Assembly: GCA_026983835.1 (NCBI GenBank)
Contig: JALSTH010000027.1
Coordinates: 10,433-74,432, forward strand
Direction: 5' to 3'
Length of the DNA: 64,000 bases
DNA from: Candidatus Zixiibacteriota bacterium
GTDB taxonomy: Bacteria; Zixibacteria; MSB-5A5; UM-FILTER-46-8
Shown: one piece after another, positions 37,508 to 47,777 of the stretch
Position numbering within the stretch: the stretch's first letter is position 1
How the letters are laid out: every line of letters starts with the position of its first letter
The notes under the pieces: model-generated
Seen by the model: only the letters and a program-made list of their open reading frames with translations
Databases searched by the model: none
What the model was told of the DNA's origin: nothing
Made by a program: the position numbers and the translations under genes

Positions 37508-38731
37508 TTATTCGTAGCGGATAATCTCTGCCGGTGGTAAGGAAGAGGCTTTATTGGCAGGGTAAAGCGAAGCCAAATAGGTGATTATAAAAGTGATGAG
37601 CGATATTCCGACAATATCTATAAGGTGAATTTCTACCGGTAGTTTGCTTATGAAATAAATATCAGCGGGCAAAGAAATTATGGAGTATTTGTCCTGAATG
37701 AAACATAATGCGATACCGATGATATTGCCGAGCAATATGCCGATAAGCCCCACAATTATCCCTTTTATGATGAAGATTTTTCTTATTGAGGAACGTTTTG
37801 CCCCCAAAGCTTTCAGAATGCCGATAGCCTTACGCTTTTCGAGAACCACCATAATCAGGTTCGATACGATATTAAATCCCGCTACCGCAATAATCAAAGA
37901 TAACGCCAAAAACATCGCCCATTTCTCTAAAGTCATCCAAGAGAAAAGATTTTTATGGGTATGACTCCAATCGACCGCAAAATATCTATAGCCGAGTCGG
38001 TCGCCGATTTTTCGGGCTATCGATGCCGCTTCGTAAATATTATCGGTTTTTACATCGATAAAGCTGATTTTGTTTCCCATAGAAAAAAGCCATTGTGCTT
38101 CTTGAAGGGATACATACACAAGCGAACCATCATATTCATACATTCCGGTCTCGAAGATTCCTTCAACCGTATATTGACTTGCAAGAGGACGGCTGGTAAG
38201 CGGATCGAAATCAGTTCCTTTTAAGGAGAAAACCGTAATCTTTTCTCCGATCGATACCCCGAGGTTTTCGGCTAAATTTGTACCGATAACAATTCCGGGC
38301 TCGAAATGATTACCGAAAGCGAAATTACCTACTATGATATGCTTGTTTATATCCGATACTTTGGCGTTCTCTTTCGGATCGACGCCGCGTAATACTACCC
38401 CGTCGGAACCGAACCTCGATGAGATCGCTACCTTTCCCTGAACCACCGGCGCTGCCGCCACGACTCCTTTTACGCTTTTAATAGAATTATAAATGGAATC
38501 GTTCGCTGCGAAACTGTTCTCGTCGAAAGCCGCAACCGTTATATGAGAAGTAGTTCCGATAATCTTTTCCCTTATACCGGATTCGAAACCGTTCATTATC
38601 GAGAGGACAATTATCAACGCAGTCACCCCCAAAGCAATTCCGCCGATGGAAATAACGGTAACCACAGATAAAAAGCGGCTGTTCTCTTTGGAGTGCATAT
38701 ATCGTGAAGCTATGAAAAATTCGTAATTCAT
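37508..38731 (-). CDS. LolC/LolE-type lipoprotein-release permease (FtsX fold with MacB-type periplasmic domain)
   Basis: FFIASRYMHSKENSRFLSVVTVISIGGIALGVTALIIVLSIMNGF N-terminus and C-terminal FtsX-like four-helix region. 407 aa. Confidence 0.85.
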   Translation of the reverse strand: MNYEFFIASRYMHSKENSRFLSVVTVISIGGIALGVTALIIVLSIMNGFESGIREKIIGTTSHITVAAFDENSFAANDSIYNSIKSVKGVVAAAPVVQGKVAISSRFGSDGVVLRGVDPKENAKVSDINKHIIVGNFAFGNHFEPGIVIGTNLAENLGVSIGEKITVFSLKGTDFDPLTSRPLASQYTVEGIFETGMYEYDGSLVYVSLQEAQWLFSMGNKISFIDVKTDNIYEAASIARKIGDRLGYRYFAVDWSHTHKNLFSWMTLEKWAMFLALSLIIAVAGFNIVSNLIMVVLEKRKAIGILKALGAKRSSIRKIFIIKGIIVGLIGILLGNIIGIALCFIQDKYSIISLPADIYFISKLPVEIHLIDIVGISLITFIITYLASLYPANKASSLPPAEIIRYE

Positions 38732-39025
38732 CGTATTTCTACTAATGGAATATTATATCAATAGGTGCTATTCCTCGACAATTTACCTTTAGGTTAGGTC
38801 AAAAGCAAATTGAATAAATAAAAAATATGGACGGTTTAATAGGGAGAACAGGAAAAAATAAAGACTAAATCCGCAATGAATTACTTTATCAAAGCTGTAA
38901 AATATGGGGTTAAAAATGCCGATTAATAATTTATATAAAGCCCTTCATCGGTTGGAATTCATAAGGATATGGATTTCTGATAGCGCAGGGATGCTGAATT
39001 GAAATGTTATGACAATAGGGGGGCG

Positions 39026-39052
39026 AAGCGGGATTGGGAAATCCCGCTTTTT
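39026..39052. terminator. Hairpin abutting the stop codon of the SDR gene; the T-run is on the + strand only
   Basis: AAGCGGGAT-TGGGAA-ATCCCGCTT (39026-39049) followed by TTT on the + strand. On the minus strand it follows the stop directly but lacks a U-tract. Confidence 0.4.
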
Positions 39053-39809
39053 ATATCAATGTAAAACCTCCATCGACAACTATAGTCTGCCCCGTTATCC
39101 ATTCGGATTCGGGGGTGCATAAAAAGCCGACTACCCCGGCGATATCTTCGGGTTTACCAAGTCTTTTGGCAGGGGTTCGTTCAAGGACTTCCCTTTTTAT
39201 TTCCTTATAATTCGGAAAACCTTTAAGGGCATCGGTATCGATAAACCCCCCGGAAACAGCATTACAGTTTATCTTTTTGGAGTTATATTCGACGGCTATA
39301 TATTTGACCAAACATTCTATTGACGCTTTACTTACTCCAATTGACGCATAACCCGGGATATATCTATGGGAGCCGATGCTTGAGATGGCTATTATCCTTC
39401 CTCCGTCAGTCATAAGTCCGGCGGCCTTTTGGGCGCCGTATAGCAATGCCTTAGCGTTTACATCCATAGATAGGTCCCATGATTTCTCGTCAATCGCATC
39501 GATATCGGCAACCCGTCCTAAAGCGGCATTGGAGATAAAAATATCCAATCTTCCGAATTTCTCATTTATCGTATCGAACATTTTTGCTATCGACGATACA
39601 TTACCGACATTGCCTCGCAGAAGCAGTCCATCTCCTCCAGCTTTCTTAACTTCTTTTAAGGTTTCTTCCGCCGGACCGCGATTTTTGAAAAAATTGATAC
39701 AGACGAATGCTCCCATCCTCATAAGCTTAAAAACGATAGCTTTTCCGATTCCTCTGCTCCCGCCGGTTATAAAGGCTATTTTTCCCTCAAGGGGTTTACA
39801 TTCCGACAT
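39051..39809 (-). CDS. Short-chain dehydrogenase/reductase, FabL-like (possible enoyl-ACP reductase)
   Basis: TGGSRGIGKA cofactor motif. NVGNVSSIAKMFDTINEKFGRLDIFISNAA resembles my recollection of B. subtilis FabL ([31 protein letters not shown]). Confidence 0.8.
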   Translation of the reverse strand: MSECKPLEGKIAFITGGSRGIGKAIVFKLMRMGAFVCINFFKNRGPAEETLKEVKKAGGDGLLLRGNVGNVSSIAKMFDTINEKFGRLDIFISNAALGRVADIDAIDEKSWDLSMDVNAKALLYGAQKAAGLMTDGGRIIAISSIGSHRYIPGYASIGVSKASIECLVKYIAVEYNSKKINCNAVSGGFIDTDALKGFPNYKEIKREVLERTPAKRLGKPEDIAGVVGFLCTPESEWITGQTIVVDGGFTLI

Positions 39810-40034
39810 TATTCCTCCATGTTTTTGTCCTATTTATAAATTTTGATATATCATAACTAATTATTATACAATAGTATTTTAGATGGGAGGCAATTAATGA
39901 TTATTGCCTATTATAGTCAAGTATTAATTGCGGATTTTTGATCTAGACATATAGTTAACCAGAGATTTGAGACAAGAATTGAAATTGACGAATACTATCG
40001 TATCCACACTCTTCCCCAAAATTCCCCTTATTGC

Positions 40035-40062
40035 TTGACAAAATATATTTTTATATTATATT
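40035..40062 (+). promoter_or_regulatory. Candidate sigma70-type promoter for the FG-GAP/T9SS cargo gene
   Basis: TTGACA (40035-40040), 16-nt spacer, TATATT (40057-40062). About 125 nt upstream of the ATG. Confidence 0.45.
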
Positions 40063-40188
40063 TACAAATAAGGGTAGAAGTGGGACGGGTCCTTAATTTG
40101 GTTTTTATAATATTTTGTGAATTCTATTTATTACTTCTTATATTTTGTTGAAGTCCTTTGTAATTTTTATATTCTTTAAGAGAGTCGT

Positions 40189-41985
40189 ATGAAAAGAATA
40201 CTTTTTATAATCGTATTTTTCCTCTTTCCTTTATTTTCGGTTTATGGTGATCCTATCCCCGTTTATGACAATGAACATATTTTGGCGCAAAATGCTGATG
40301 GAGCCGGAAGGGTTGTAGTAGTCGATTTGGACACCGATGGGGATATGGATTTTTTGGCTGCGCTTAAATATGAGAAGAAAGTGGTGTGGGGCGAGAACGA
40401 TGGTCTTCAAAATTTTATATCTCATATTATCGATAACAACTTTAGAGGAGCGACCAGCGTAAAAGCTGTCGATTTTGATGGGGATGGGGATTTGGATGTT
40501 TTTGGGGCGGCATATACTGCCAATGAAATAGCTTGGTGGGAAAATGACGGTTCTATGAATTTTACTAAGCACATAATTGGGGATAGCTTGCTTCATGCTT
40601 TTGATGTTTGTGTAAAGGATATCGACAGTGATGGAGATTTGGATGTGGTAGGGGCGGCGATAATGTCCGATTTAGTAGCTTGGTGGGAAAATGACGGGAA
40701 TCAAAATTTAACCGAACATATAATTACTAGTAATTTCGGAGGCGCAGGGAATGTGGATGCCGCCGATTTGGATGGCGATGGAGATATAGATATATTGGGA
40801 GCCGCCAAATATGCGGATAAGATGGCTTGGTGGGAGAATGACGGGAATCAGAACTTTATCGAGCATATAATCGATGGGTTTTACGATAATGCCAATTGTA
40901 TCCTTGCGGTGGATTTCGATAACGACGGCGATATGGATGTTATGGGGGCGGCAAAGTATGGGGATGAAATAACTTGGTGGGAGAACGATGGGAATCAAAA
41001 CTTTACCAAGCACACAATAGGCGATAATTTTGATGGTGCTTTTGAAGTTTATCCTGCCGATCTTGACTCTGATGGAGATCTTGATGCCGTGGCAACCGCC
41101 ATTTTTGCGGATGAGATAGCTTGGTGGGAAAACAGCGGGGATAATTTAACCTTTACCAAGCATCTTGTTGTGGAGAATTTCGATGCTGCACGCTCGGTAT
41201 ATCCCGCCGATATTGATGGGGATGGAGATATAGATTTAATGGGCGCCGCCCTCGATGACGATGAAATTGCCTGGTGGGAGAGCGATTTGTTTAATATCTA
41301 CTCGGATATAGATATGGCACCGGAAAGTGATCCTTTGATTGTAACGCCCGGAAATATTTTCAATTACACGGGCTCTTTGACCAATAAATCCGATCGACCG
41401 ATAACTTTCGATATTCTCGTAGGAGTGGAAACTCCTGAGGGTGTTTTTGATTCCTTGAAATTTTATACCGACATCTATCTGGAACCTGATAGTTCCACAA
41501 GCGCTTTTTTAACTCAATATGTTCCTGCTACCGCTCCGATCGGGACCTACGAATACATAGCCTATTCTATTGATTCGGATTTTTCCATTGTTTCTGATTC
41601 CGCTTCTTTTACATTGATACTCGATGCCGGAGATAGCCCACTGGGCGCAAGCCCTTATGGCTGGGATATCGAAGGTAAATGGGGAGCTTCTTATAATAAT
41701 AATGTGAGTGAAAATCAACCCGAAACTCCTGTAATTGTTTCCGCATATCCAAATCCATTCAATGCCAATACGGAATTTTCCTTTGATCTATGGGCTGATA
41801 GTAAGGTTTGCTTGATGATTTATGATCTGCTTGGTCGTAAAGTCGAAACTCTAATAAATGAGCGATTACCTGTCGGAATTCAGAGAATAAATTGGGATGC
41901 CTCTGAATTCCCGAGCGGCATTTATTTATATAAGCTCCAAGTCGATAATAATGTAAATGTTGGGAAGATAAGTTTGGTTAAATAA
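40189..41985 (+). CDS. Secreted seven-repeat FG-GAP/VCBS beta-propeller protein with a T9SS C-terminal sorting domain
   Basis: Signal peptide. Seven DxDGDGDxD ... AWWENDGNQNF units. The C-terminal YPNPFNANTEFSFDL ... IYDLLGRKV ... PSGIYLYKLQV is a type A Por/T9SS sorting signature. Confidence 0.85.
   Translation: MKRILFIIVFFLFPLFSVYGDPIPVYDNEHILAQNADGAGRVVVVDLDTDGDMDFLAALKYEKKVVWGENDGLQNFISHIIDNNFRGATSVKAVDFDGDGDLDVFGAAYTANEIAWWENDGSMNFTKHIIGDSLLHAFDVCVKDIDSDGDLDVVGAAIMSDLVAWWENDGNQNLTEHIITSNFGGAGNVDAADLDGDGDIDILGAAKYADKMAWWENDGNQNFIEHIIDGFYDNANCILAVDFDNDGDMDVMGAAKYGDEITWWENDGNQNFTKHTIGDNFDGAFEVYPADLDSDGDLDAVATAIFADEIAWWENSGDNLTFTKHLVVENFDAARSVYPADIDGDGDIDLMGAALDDDEIAWWESDLFNIYSDIDMAPESDPLIVTPGNIFNYTGSLTNKSDRPITFDILVGVETPEGVFDSLKFYTDIYLEPDSSTSAFLTQYVPATAPIGTYEYIAYSIDSDFSIVSDSASFTLILDAGDSPLGASPYGWDIEGKWGASYNNNVSENQPETPVIVSAYPNPFNANTEFSFDLWADSKVCLMIYDLLGRKVETLINERLPVGIQRINWDASEFPSGIYLYKLQVDNNVNVGKISLVK
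40285..41286 (+). repeat. Seven tandem coding repeats of about 147-150 nt (FG-GAP blades)
   Basis: The unit [V-x-x-x-D-[LFI]-D-x-D-G-D-[LMI]-D-[VFIA]-x-G-A-A ... [IV]-[AT]-W-W-E-N-D-G-x-x-N-[FL]-[TI]-[KE]-H] recurs seven times in the translation. Confidence 0.85.
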
Positions 41986-42013
41986 GTTGAAAGCTTTTAT
42001 CCTAAGGTTGTGT

Positions 42014-42046
42014 AAGCCCCATCTATCGATGGGGCTTGTTTTTTTT
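42014..42046 (+). terminator. Rho-independent terminator after the FG-GAP gene
   Basis: Perfect 10-bp stem AAGCCCCATC/GATGGGGCTT with a TATC loop, then G plus TTTTTTTT. Confidence 0.85.
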
Positions 42047-42049
42047 ATT

Positions 42050-43390
42050 TTATTTCCTACCTACGGTGGCTAAAACATAGTTGTTCCACGGGATATATTT
42101 CTCCGCAGTCAATTGAACCTCGCGGGTAGTCACCGCCCGTAAATTGTCTATGTATTTATCCCAATACCGATAACCAACTCCCAGATACTCAAAAAGAGCC
42201 ATATAGTATGCCTGATTGATACGGGATAAATTGCGGGTCAGCATACTGCCCCAAAGTGAATTGACCGTATTCTCCCGCTCGATATCCGTAATACCTTCGG
42301 TACGGATTTTATTTATCTCACCCTTAATTCCCTTGATAGCTTTGTAGTAGTTCTTATAACCGGTTCCCATACCACAGGTAAAAATACCGAAATTAGGGAA
42401 AAGGGAAATACCGGCTCCGACCGAATATGCCAATCCCTGCTTTTCCCTTAGATTGAGCTTCATTCGAGTTGAGAGTGCCGATGTTGCGATAAGCAAAGCG
42501 GGATAAGAAGGATTGTCGATTCCCGCAGTGATATTGCCCAGATAAATATATACCTGATCCTTTTTCATATATTTATGGCTCTTGGCTATTCCCTTCACTG
42601 GTTCAACTTTCGGGGGAGCAAGGTACTCATATCCGGATTTCGGGAGATCACGGAATATCGTTCTTATTTTGTTAAAGCAAATATCTACCGGGATATTTGT
42701 GGCTACCGCCATTATGAGGTTTTCCGGATCATAAAGTATTTTATGGAATCGGACAAGATCGTCACGAGTAATGGAATTAATAGTTTTCATATCCCCGAGG
42801 ACAGTTTTGGAATATGGGGCATCGCCGAACAGTTCCTTATAATAGATATTCCGCGCGTTTTTATAGGTGGAGCCTGAATTCATACCCAGTAATCCAATTA
42901 TCTCCTGCCTTACCTCTTCGATTTTATCTTTCGGGAATGAAGGTCTTCCTATAATTTCCGCCAATAAATTCAAGGATGGGTCGGCATACTCATCGATGGT
43001 CTCCATTTTTACGAAAGCAAAAGCACGGGAAGTATAGATATCGTCATAAGGGATGTAAGGATTGTCATAAAGTGTCATCTTTATCCCATTATCGTCAAGT
43101 TTTTTGGACAATTGGACGGCATTATTTACATCCGTTCCTTTCAAGAGCATACGATTTACGAATTCGGTTATGCCGGTTTTCCCTTTCGGCTCCAAATACG
43201 CTCTTCCTTTGACCAATATGTTTACCGCAAAAACTTTACTATCCGGATTGCTTTTTATAATGACCGTTAAGCCATTCGTTAATGTTTCCTTTTTATAATG
43301 ATTATTACCGCCGGCGAAGGCGGGTATATAAACGATGGTCATAAGCAGTAAAACTGCTATGAATGGAAATATAAATCTCCGCATTGTCAT
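42050..43390 (-). CDS. M16 family peptidase-like protein (no HxxEH motif; probable non-catalytic partner)
   Basis: Insulinase-fold length and layout, with a signal peptide. It lacks the zinc-binding HxxEH and lies 8 nt downstream of the catalytic M16 gene. Confidence 0.75.
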   Translation of the reverse strand: MTMRRFIFPFIAVLLLMTIVYIPAFAGGNNHYKKETLTNGLTVIIKSNPDSKVFAVNILVKGRAYLEPKGKTGITEFVNRMLLKGTDVNNAVQLSKKLDDNGIKMTLYDNPYIPYDDIYTSRAFAFVKMETIDEYADPSLNLLAEIIGRPSFPKDKIEEVRQEIIGLLGMNSGSTYKNARNIYYKELFGDAPYSKTVLGDMKTINSITRDDLVRFHKILYDPENLIMAVATNIPVDICFNKIRTIFRDLPKSGYEYLAPPKVEPVKGIAKSHKYMKKDQVYIYLGNITAGIDNPSYPALLIATSALSTRMKLNLREKQGLAYSVGAGISLFPNFGIFTCGMGTGYKNYYKAIKGIKGEINKIRTEGITDIERENTVNSLWGSMLTRNLSRINQAYYMALFEYLGVGYRYWDKYIDNLRAVTTREVQLTAEKYIPWNNYVLATVGRK

Positions 43391-43398
43391 CTCCTTTT

Positions 43399-44742
43399 CT
43401 AAGATTTAGAAACCACTGCCGTGGCTACATACTTAATATTGGAAAAATATTTTTGGACAGCTGATTGTAAATCGTCGGGGGTAACTTTGCTGAGGTTATC
43501 GATATAGTTGTTCACGAAATCAAACCCGCCGACTGCCAATAATTCCGCTTTCATTATTCCCCAATAATGCAATCTTTCCTCGAGGAGATACTCGCCAACT
43601 TTTGCTTTGACGATAAACCTATCCAGATCTTCTTTTTCGATACCCTCCTCAATGATGTTTTTGAAAACCTCATTGGTGCGTTTTATGATTTCATCGGTGT
43701 TTTTCGCATCATTGGTCATCACCGAAACAACCAAATTGGTAAACTCCTTTTTTGTGTCCAAGTTTACGGAAAGGGATTGAATTAAGGGCTTATCCCCTTT
43801 GGTCAGAGCTATATATAATGGAGATGCTTCATCGGCATTCAAGTATCTCGCCAACATATCGAAGGCGTAATAGTCCTTTTCCGTATAAAGCGGAGCGGGA
43901 TAAGTAATATTGATAAAATTGGTTTTCGTATCTGTTTTTCGGTAATAAACCGAATCGGAAGCGGGAAATTTATAGGAGAAATGAACTTCCATACCCTTAC
44001 CACCTTTTGGGCGATTCCCGAAATATTTATCGTAGAGAGCTATCATTGAATCTGCATTAAAATCGCCTATCGCTATAGCTAACATATTCTCCGGCGTATA
44101 TTGGGACTTATAATAGTTTATCACCGCTTGACGGCTCACTTTGGCTATCGTTCCCGGACTTCCCAAAACGGTTCTTTGATACGGTGTCCCGGCGTAAACA
44201 ATACTGTCGTTAAACATCTCCACCCGATAACTGATATCATCGTAATCCTTACGAATTTCCTCAGTGACTACTTTCCTTTCCTTTTCGTATTCGTCCTGTG
44301 GAAAAACAGATCCGAAAAGTTGGTCCGATTGGACATCCAAGCCGAAATCGATGTATTCGGAAGGCATCAGTATTAAATAGGTGGTTGCGTCTTTGTTGGT
44401 AAAAGCATTTATATACCCGCCGTGATTCTTCACTCCCTCATTGATATCAATCCTGCTTTTGGTGGCGGTTCCATCGAAATTAAGATGTTCCAAAAAGTGG
44501 GTAAAACCGTTTGTAGAATCACTTTCATATTTACTTCCCGCATTTACCAGTACTATCGAGGTTATCATCTGAGAAGCGTGATTCTCTTTCAAAACGAGTT
44601 TAAACCCATTTGGGAATGTTTTTTCGATGATACCGGTATCATTTACCTCGCCACCACCACAGCCGCCTATCAACGCAACCGTCAGCGTCAATAAGATAAA
44701 AGGGGATATCAGCCTTATCAACCTTCTGATCTTTTTCCGCAT
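43399..44742 (-). CDS. M16 (pitrilysin/insulinase) family zinc peptidase, lipoprotein
   Basis: Inverted zinc motif HFLEH (GFTHFLEHLNFDG). Lipobox ALIGGCGG. Confidence 0.85.
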   Translation of the reverse strand: MRKKIRRLIRLISPFILLTLTVALIGGCGGGEVNDTGIIEKTFPNGFKLVLKENHASQMITSIVLVNAGSKYESDSTNGFTHFLEHLNFDGTATKSRIDINEGVKNHGGYINAFTNKDATTYLILMPSEYIDFGLDVQSDQLFGSVFPQDEYEKERKVVTEEIRKDYDDISYRVEMFNDSIVYAGTPYQRTVLGSPGTIAKVSRQAVINYYKSQYTPENMLAIAIGDFNADSMIALYDKYFGNRPKGGKGMEVHFSYKFPASDSVYYRKTDTKTNFINITYPAPLYTEKDYYAFDMLARYLNADEASPLYIALTKGDKPLIQSLSVNLDTKKEFTNLVVSVMTNDAKNTDEIIKRTNEVFKNIIEEGIEKEDLDRFIVKAKVGEYLLEERLHYWGIMKAELLAVGGFDFVNNYIDNLSKVTPDDLQSAVQKYFSNIKYVATAVVSKS

Positions 44743-44830
44743 AAGAACCTCTTGATTTTTAAATTACTTTATAAAAATACACCTGATCAACATCAGGCTT
44801 TATGATTTGTATGTCAAGTTTTTATTTTTA

Positions 44831-44858
44831 TTGACAAAAGGCAAATTGTAATTATATT
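44831..44858 (+). promoter_or_regulatory. Candidate sigma70-type promoter for secDF
   Basis: TTGACA (44831-44836), 16-nt spacer, TATATT (44853-44858). AGGAG RBS at about 44909. Confidence 0.45.
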
Positions 44859-44920
44859 TGTCGTTTAATCATTTTTGGAAATGTAAATTCTGATATTTTG
44901 ATATTAAGGAGTATAGCTGA

Positions 44921-46582
44921 ATGAGCAAATCGGAGAAATGGAAAGTTGGATTGATATTAATCCTTATTATAGCATCAGTTTATTATTTATATCCTTCCAT
45001 TAAATATCACTCGATGAGCTACGAAGAGAAGATGAAGATGAAGGAGGACAACCCGGCCGAATATGCCATTCTGCAAAAGAAAGCGCTGAAGTTGGGATTG
45101 GATCTACAAGGTGGGATGCATATGGTATTACAGGTTGACAAATCCAAGCTTTCCCCCGATGAGGCGAAGGATGCTCAGGAGCGTGTTTTACAGATAATAA
45201 GGAATCGTATCGATCAGTGGGGTGTGTCGGAGCCATCGATAGTTCCTCAGGGTGAGGATAGGATTGTGGTGGAACTTCCCGGGTTAAGGGAGACCGAAAG
45301 GGCGAAGGAGTTAATCGGGAAAACGGCTGTTTTGGAATTTAAGCTTTTGGAAGACCCCGCCAACCTAAAGAAGGCTTTGGACTCGATAGATTCGGTTCTT
45401 GCCGCCAAAATGAAAAAGGGCAAGGAGGGTGAAAAGGGTGATGGACAAAAAGCATCATCAGGCGAAAAAACTCCCAATGCGGCGGATCTTTTTACGGAAT
45501 CCGGTACGGATACTTCTGCGGCAGCTGCTACTGAGGATAATTATTATCTTGAAAAACCGTTTACTTCTCTATTCGACATTCAGGGTAGCGAAATGACAAT
45601 ATCCGATAATGAATATCCGACAGCCGTCAAATATTTGAAAGATCCGGATGTAAAGAAAGTTGTCCCGAAGGATATGGAGTTTGAGTGGTCCACCCGCACC
45701 AAAAGTATTGGTAGTATGAAATACCATACCCTCTATGCACTTAAAAAACGGGTCGAGATGTCGGGGAAATATTTAACTGATGCTCGGCCTAACTGGGACC
45801 AATTCCGTAAACCGGTTGTAAACTTTACATTGACAAAAGAGGGCGGGAGAATTTTCGCCGGTATTACTGGAGCAAATATCGGTAAACCTTTGGCAATTAC
45901 TCTTGATGGAACTGTGGAATCAGCTCCGCAGATTAAATCCAAAATTAGGGATCGGGGGCAAATAACTATGGGCGGCAGCGCAACTTTTGATGATGCCAAT
46001 GAGTTGGCTATAGTTTTAAGAGCCGGCGCACTTCCCGCTCCGGTTAAAATAGTGGCGAACTCGGTTGTCGGGGCGACACTTGGTCAGGATTCAATAGAAA
46101 AGGGTAAGTTCTCCACGATAGTCGCTTTCATCTTGGTGATGGGGTTAATCTTAATTTATTATCGTGTCTCCGGTATCATAGCCGATCTGGCGTTATTTTT
46201 GAATATCTTTTTCCTCCTTGCCGCTATGGCCGGTCTGCACGCCACCCTGACTATGCCCGGCATAGCAGGCATAATCCTTACTGTGGGTATGTCGATCGAT
46301 GCCAATGTGCTGATATTCGAGAGGATAAGAGAAGAGCTTGCAACCGGTAAGACCGTGCGGGCGGCGATTGATGCGGGATATAATCGAGCATTATTGGCCA
46401 TCATCGATTCCCGCGTCACCACTTTAATTACCGCTTTGTTTTTGTTTTTGCTGGGGACAGGCCCGGTTAAGGGTTTTGCGGTAACTTTGGCTTTGGGTAT
46501 TTTCATAAGTTTATTTACCGCTGTGTTTGTTACTAAAGTAATCTTTGATATGAGAAAAGGATATAAAACTTTAAGCATATAA
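44921..46582 (+). CDS. secD: Protein translocase subunit SecD
   Basis: LGLDLQGGMHMVLQVD, the periplasmic P1 domain and the C-terminal six-TM RND-like bundle. Contains a low-complexity K/G/E/S insertion (about aa 165-205). Confidence 0.93.
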   Translation: MSKSEKWKVGLILILIIASVYYLYPSIKYHSMSYEEKMKMKEDNPAEYAILQKKALKLGLDLQGGMHMVLQVDKSKLSPDEAKDAQERVLQIIRNRIDQWGVSEPSIVPQGEDRIVVELPGLRETERAKELIGKTAVLEFKLLEDPANLKKALDSIDSVLAAKMKKGKEGEKGDGQKASSGEKTPNAADLFTESGTDTSAAAATEDNYYLEKPFTSLFDIQGSEMTISDNEYPTAVKYLKDPDVKKVVPKDMEFEWSTRTKSIGSMKYHTLYALKKRVEMSGKYLTDARPNWDQFRKPVVNFTLTKEGGRIFAGITGANIGKPLAITLDGTVESAPQIKSKIRDRGQITMGGSATFDDANELAIVLRAGALPAPVKIVANSVVGATLGQDSIEKGKFSTIVAFILVMGLILIYYRVSGIIADLALFLNIFFLLAAMAGLHATLTMPGIAGIILTVGMSIDANVLIFERIREELATGKTVRAAIDAGYNRALLAIIDSRVTTLITALFLFLLGTGPVKGFAVTLALGIFISLFTAVFVTKVIFDMRKGYKTLSI

Positions 46583-46611
46583 AGCTTAGGTAATGAGGAT
46601 AAGGAGTTTTA

Positions 46612-47541
46612 ATGCTGCGAATAGTTGGAAAAACGAATATTGATTTTATCGGCAAAAGGAAAATAGCTTTTATTTTCTCCGGAATTTTAATCACACTTGG
46701 AATTATTTCGGCTATTGCCATAATAGTCGGCAAGGCTGATTTGGGAATAGATTTCACCGGTGGAGTGTTGCTTCACGGGAACTTTGAGAAATCCATAAAT
46801 ATAAGCGAACTAAGAAGTGCTCTCAATGAAGCGGGGTTCAAGGGTGCCACCATTACTGAGGTTCAAGGGGAAAATGTCCCCCCCAATTCCGTGATGATAA
46901 GATATAAAACTACTCAAGTCAATTCCGATTCTCTATTCGGCGATAGGATATTAAGCGCCATAAGAAAAAATATACCGGATAATAAATTTGCTTTGGATTC
47001 CATCGATGATATTGGTCCCTCAGTGGGTAAAAACCTTCAGAGTAAAGCGCGATTGGCCATTTTACTCTCCCTTCTTGGAATATTAGCCTATATTTGGATT
47101 CGATTCGATTTCCGCTTTGCCGTGGCGGCTACGGTTGCGACCTTCCACGATGTATTGGCGGTTATGGGGGTATTTTTTATCTTCCATAAGGAGATTACAT
47201 TGTTGGTTGTAACCGCTCTATTGACTTTGGCAGGATATTCGCTAACCGATACCGTCGTTGTTTATGACCGAATAAGGGAAAACCTGAAAATGTTCAGGAA
47301 GCGCTCATCTTTCGGTGACACGATAAATAAAAGTATCAATGAGATGCTTTCACGAACCCTTATGACAAGTATAACCTCTATTTTAGTTGTATTTGTGGTT
47401 TTTGTTTTGGGTGGGGAGGTTGTTCACGATTTTGCTCTTGCTTTGATTTTGGGGATGATAATTGGTACATATAGCTCGGTTTTCGTAGCAAGTCCGATGA
47501 TTTACGAATGGGAAAAGCGTTCCCCGAAAAGAATGAAATAA
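46612..47541 (+). CDS. secF: Protein translocase subunit SecF
   Basis: IDFIGKRKIAFIFS start, LGIDFTGG motif and C-terminal six-TM domain. 29 nt after secD. Confidence 0.93.
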   Translation: MLRIVGKTNIDFIGKRKIAFIFSGILITLGIISAIAIIVGKADLGIDFTGGVLLHGNFEKSINISELRSALNEAGFKGATITEVQGENVPPNSVMIRYKTTQVNSDSLFGDRILSAIRKNIPDNKFALDSIDDIGPSVGKNLQSKARLAILLSLLGILAYIWIRFDFRFAVAATVATFHDVLAVMGVFFIFHKEITLLVVTALLTLAGYSLTDTVVVYDRIRENLKMFRKRSSFGDTINKSINEMLSRTLMTSITSILVVFVVFVLGGEVVHDFALALILGMIIGTYSSVFVASPMIYEWEKRSPKRMK

Positions 47542-47777
47542 TCAACGATTCGCTTTTGTCGGCAAAATACAAATTGAATAATTATCGGTTGGATTTTACC
47601 CGAGTACCCTTAAATCAGATAGATCTTCGGGTGATTTCGCGGATGACTTATTGAGCCGAGATGGGATTTTTCGCCCGCACTATCAGGATTGGAATCCAAC
47701 TGGGATAAGAATTATCATAACTTCTTGATTTAATAATAAAACATTACCTTAATGTCTGGTAATAGGGAGTTGAATTT

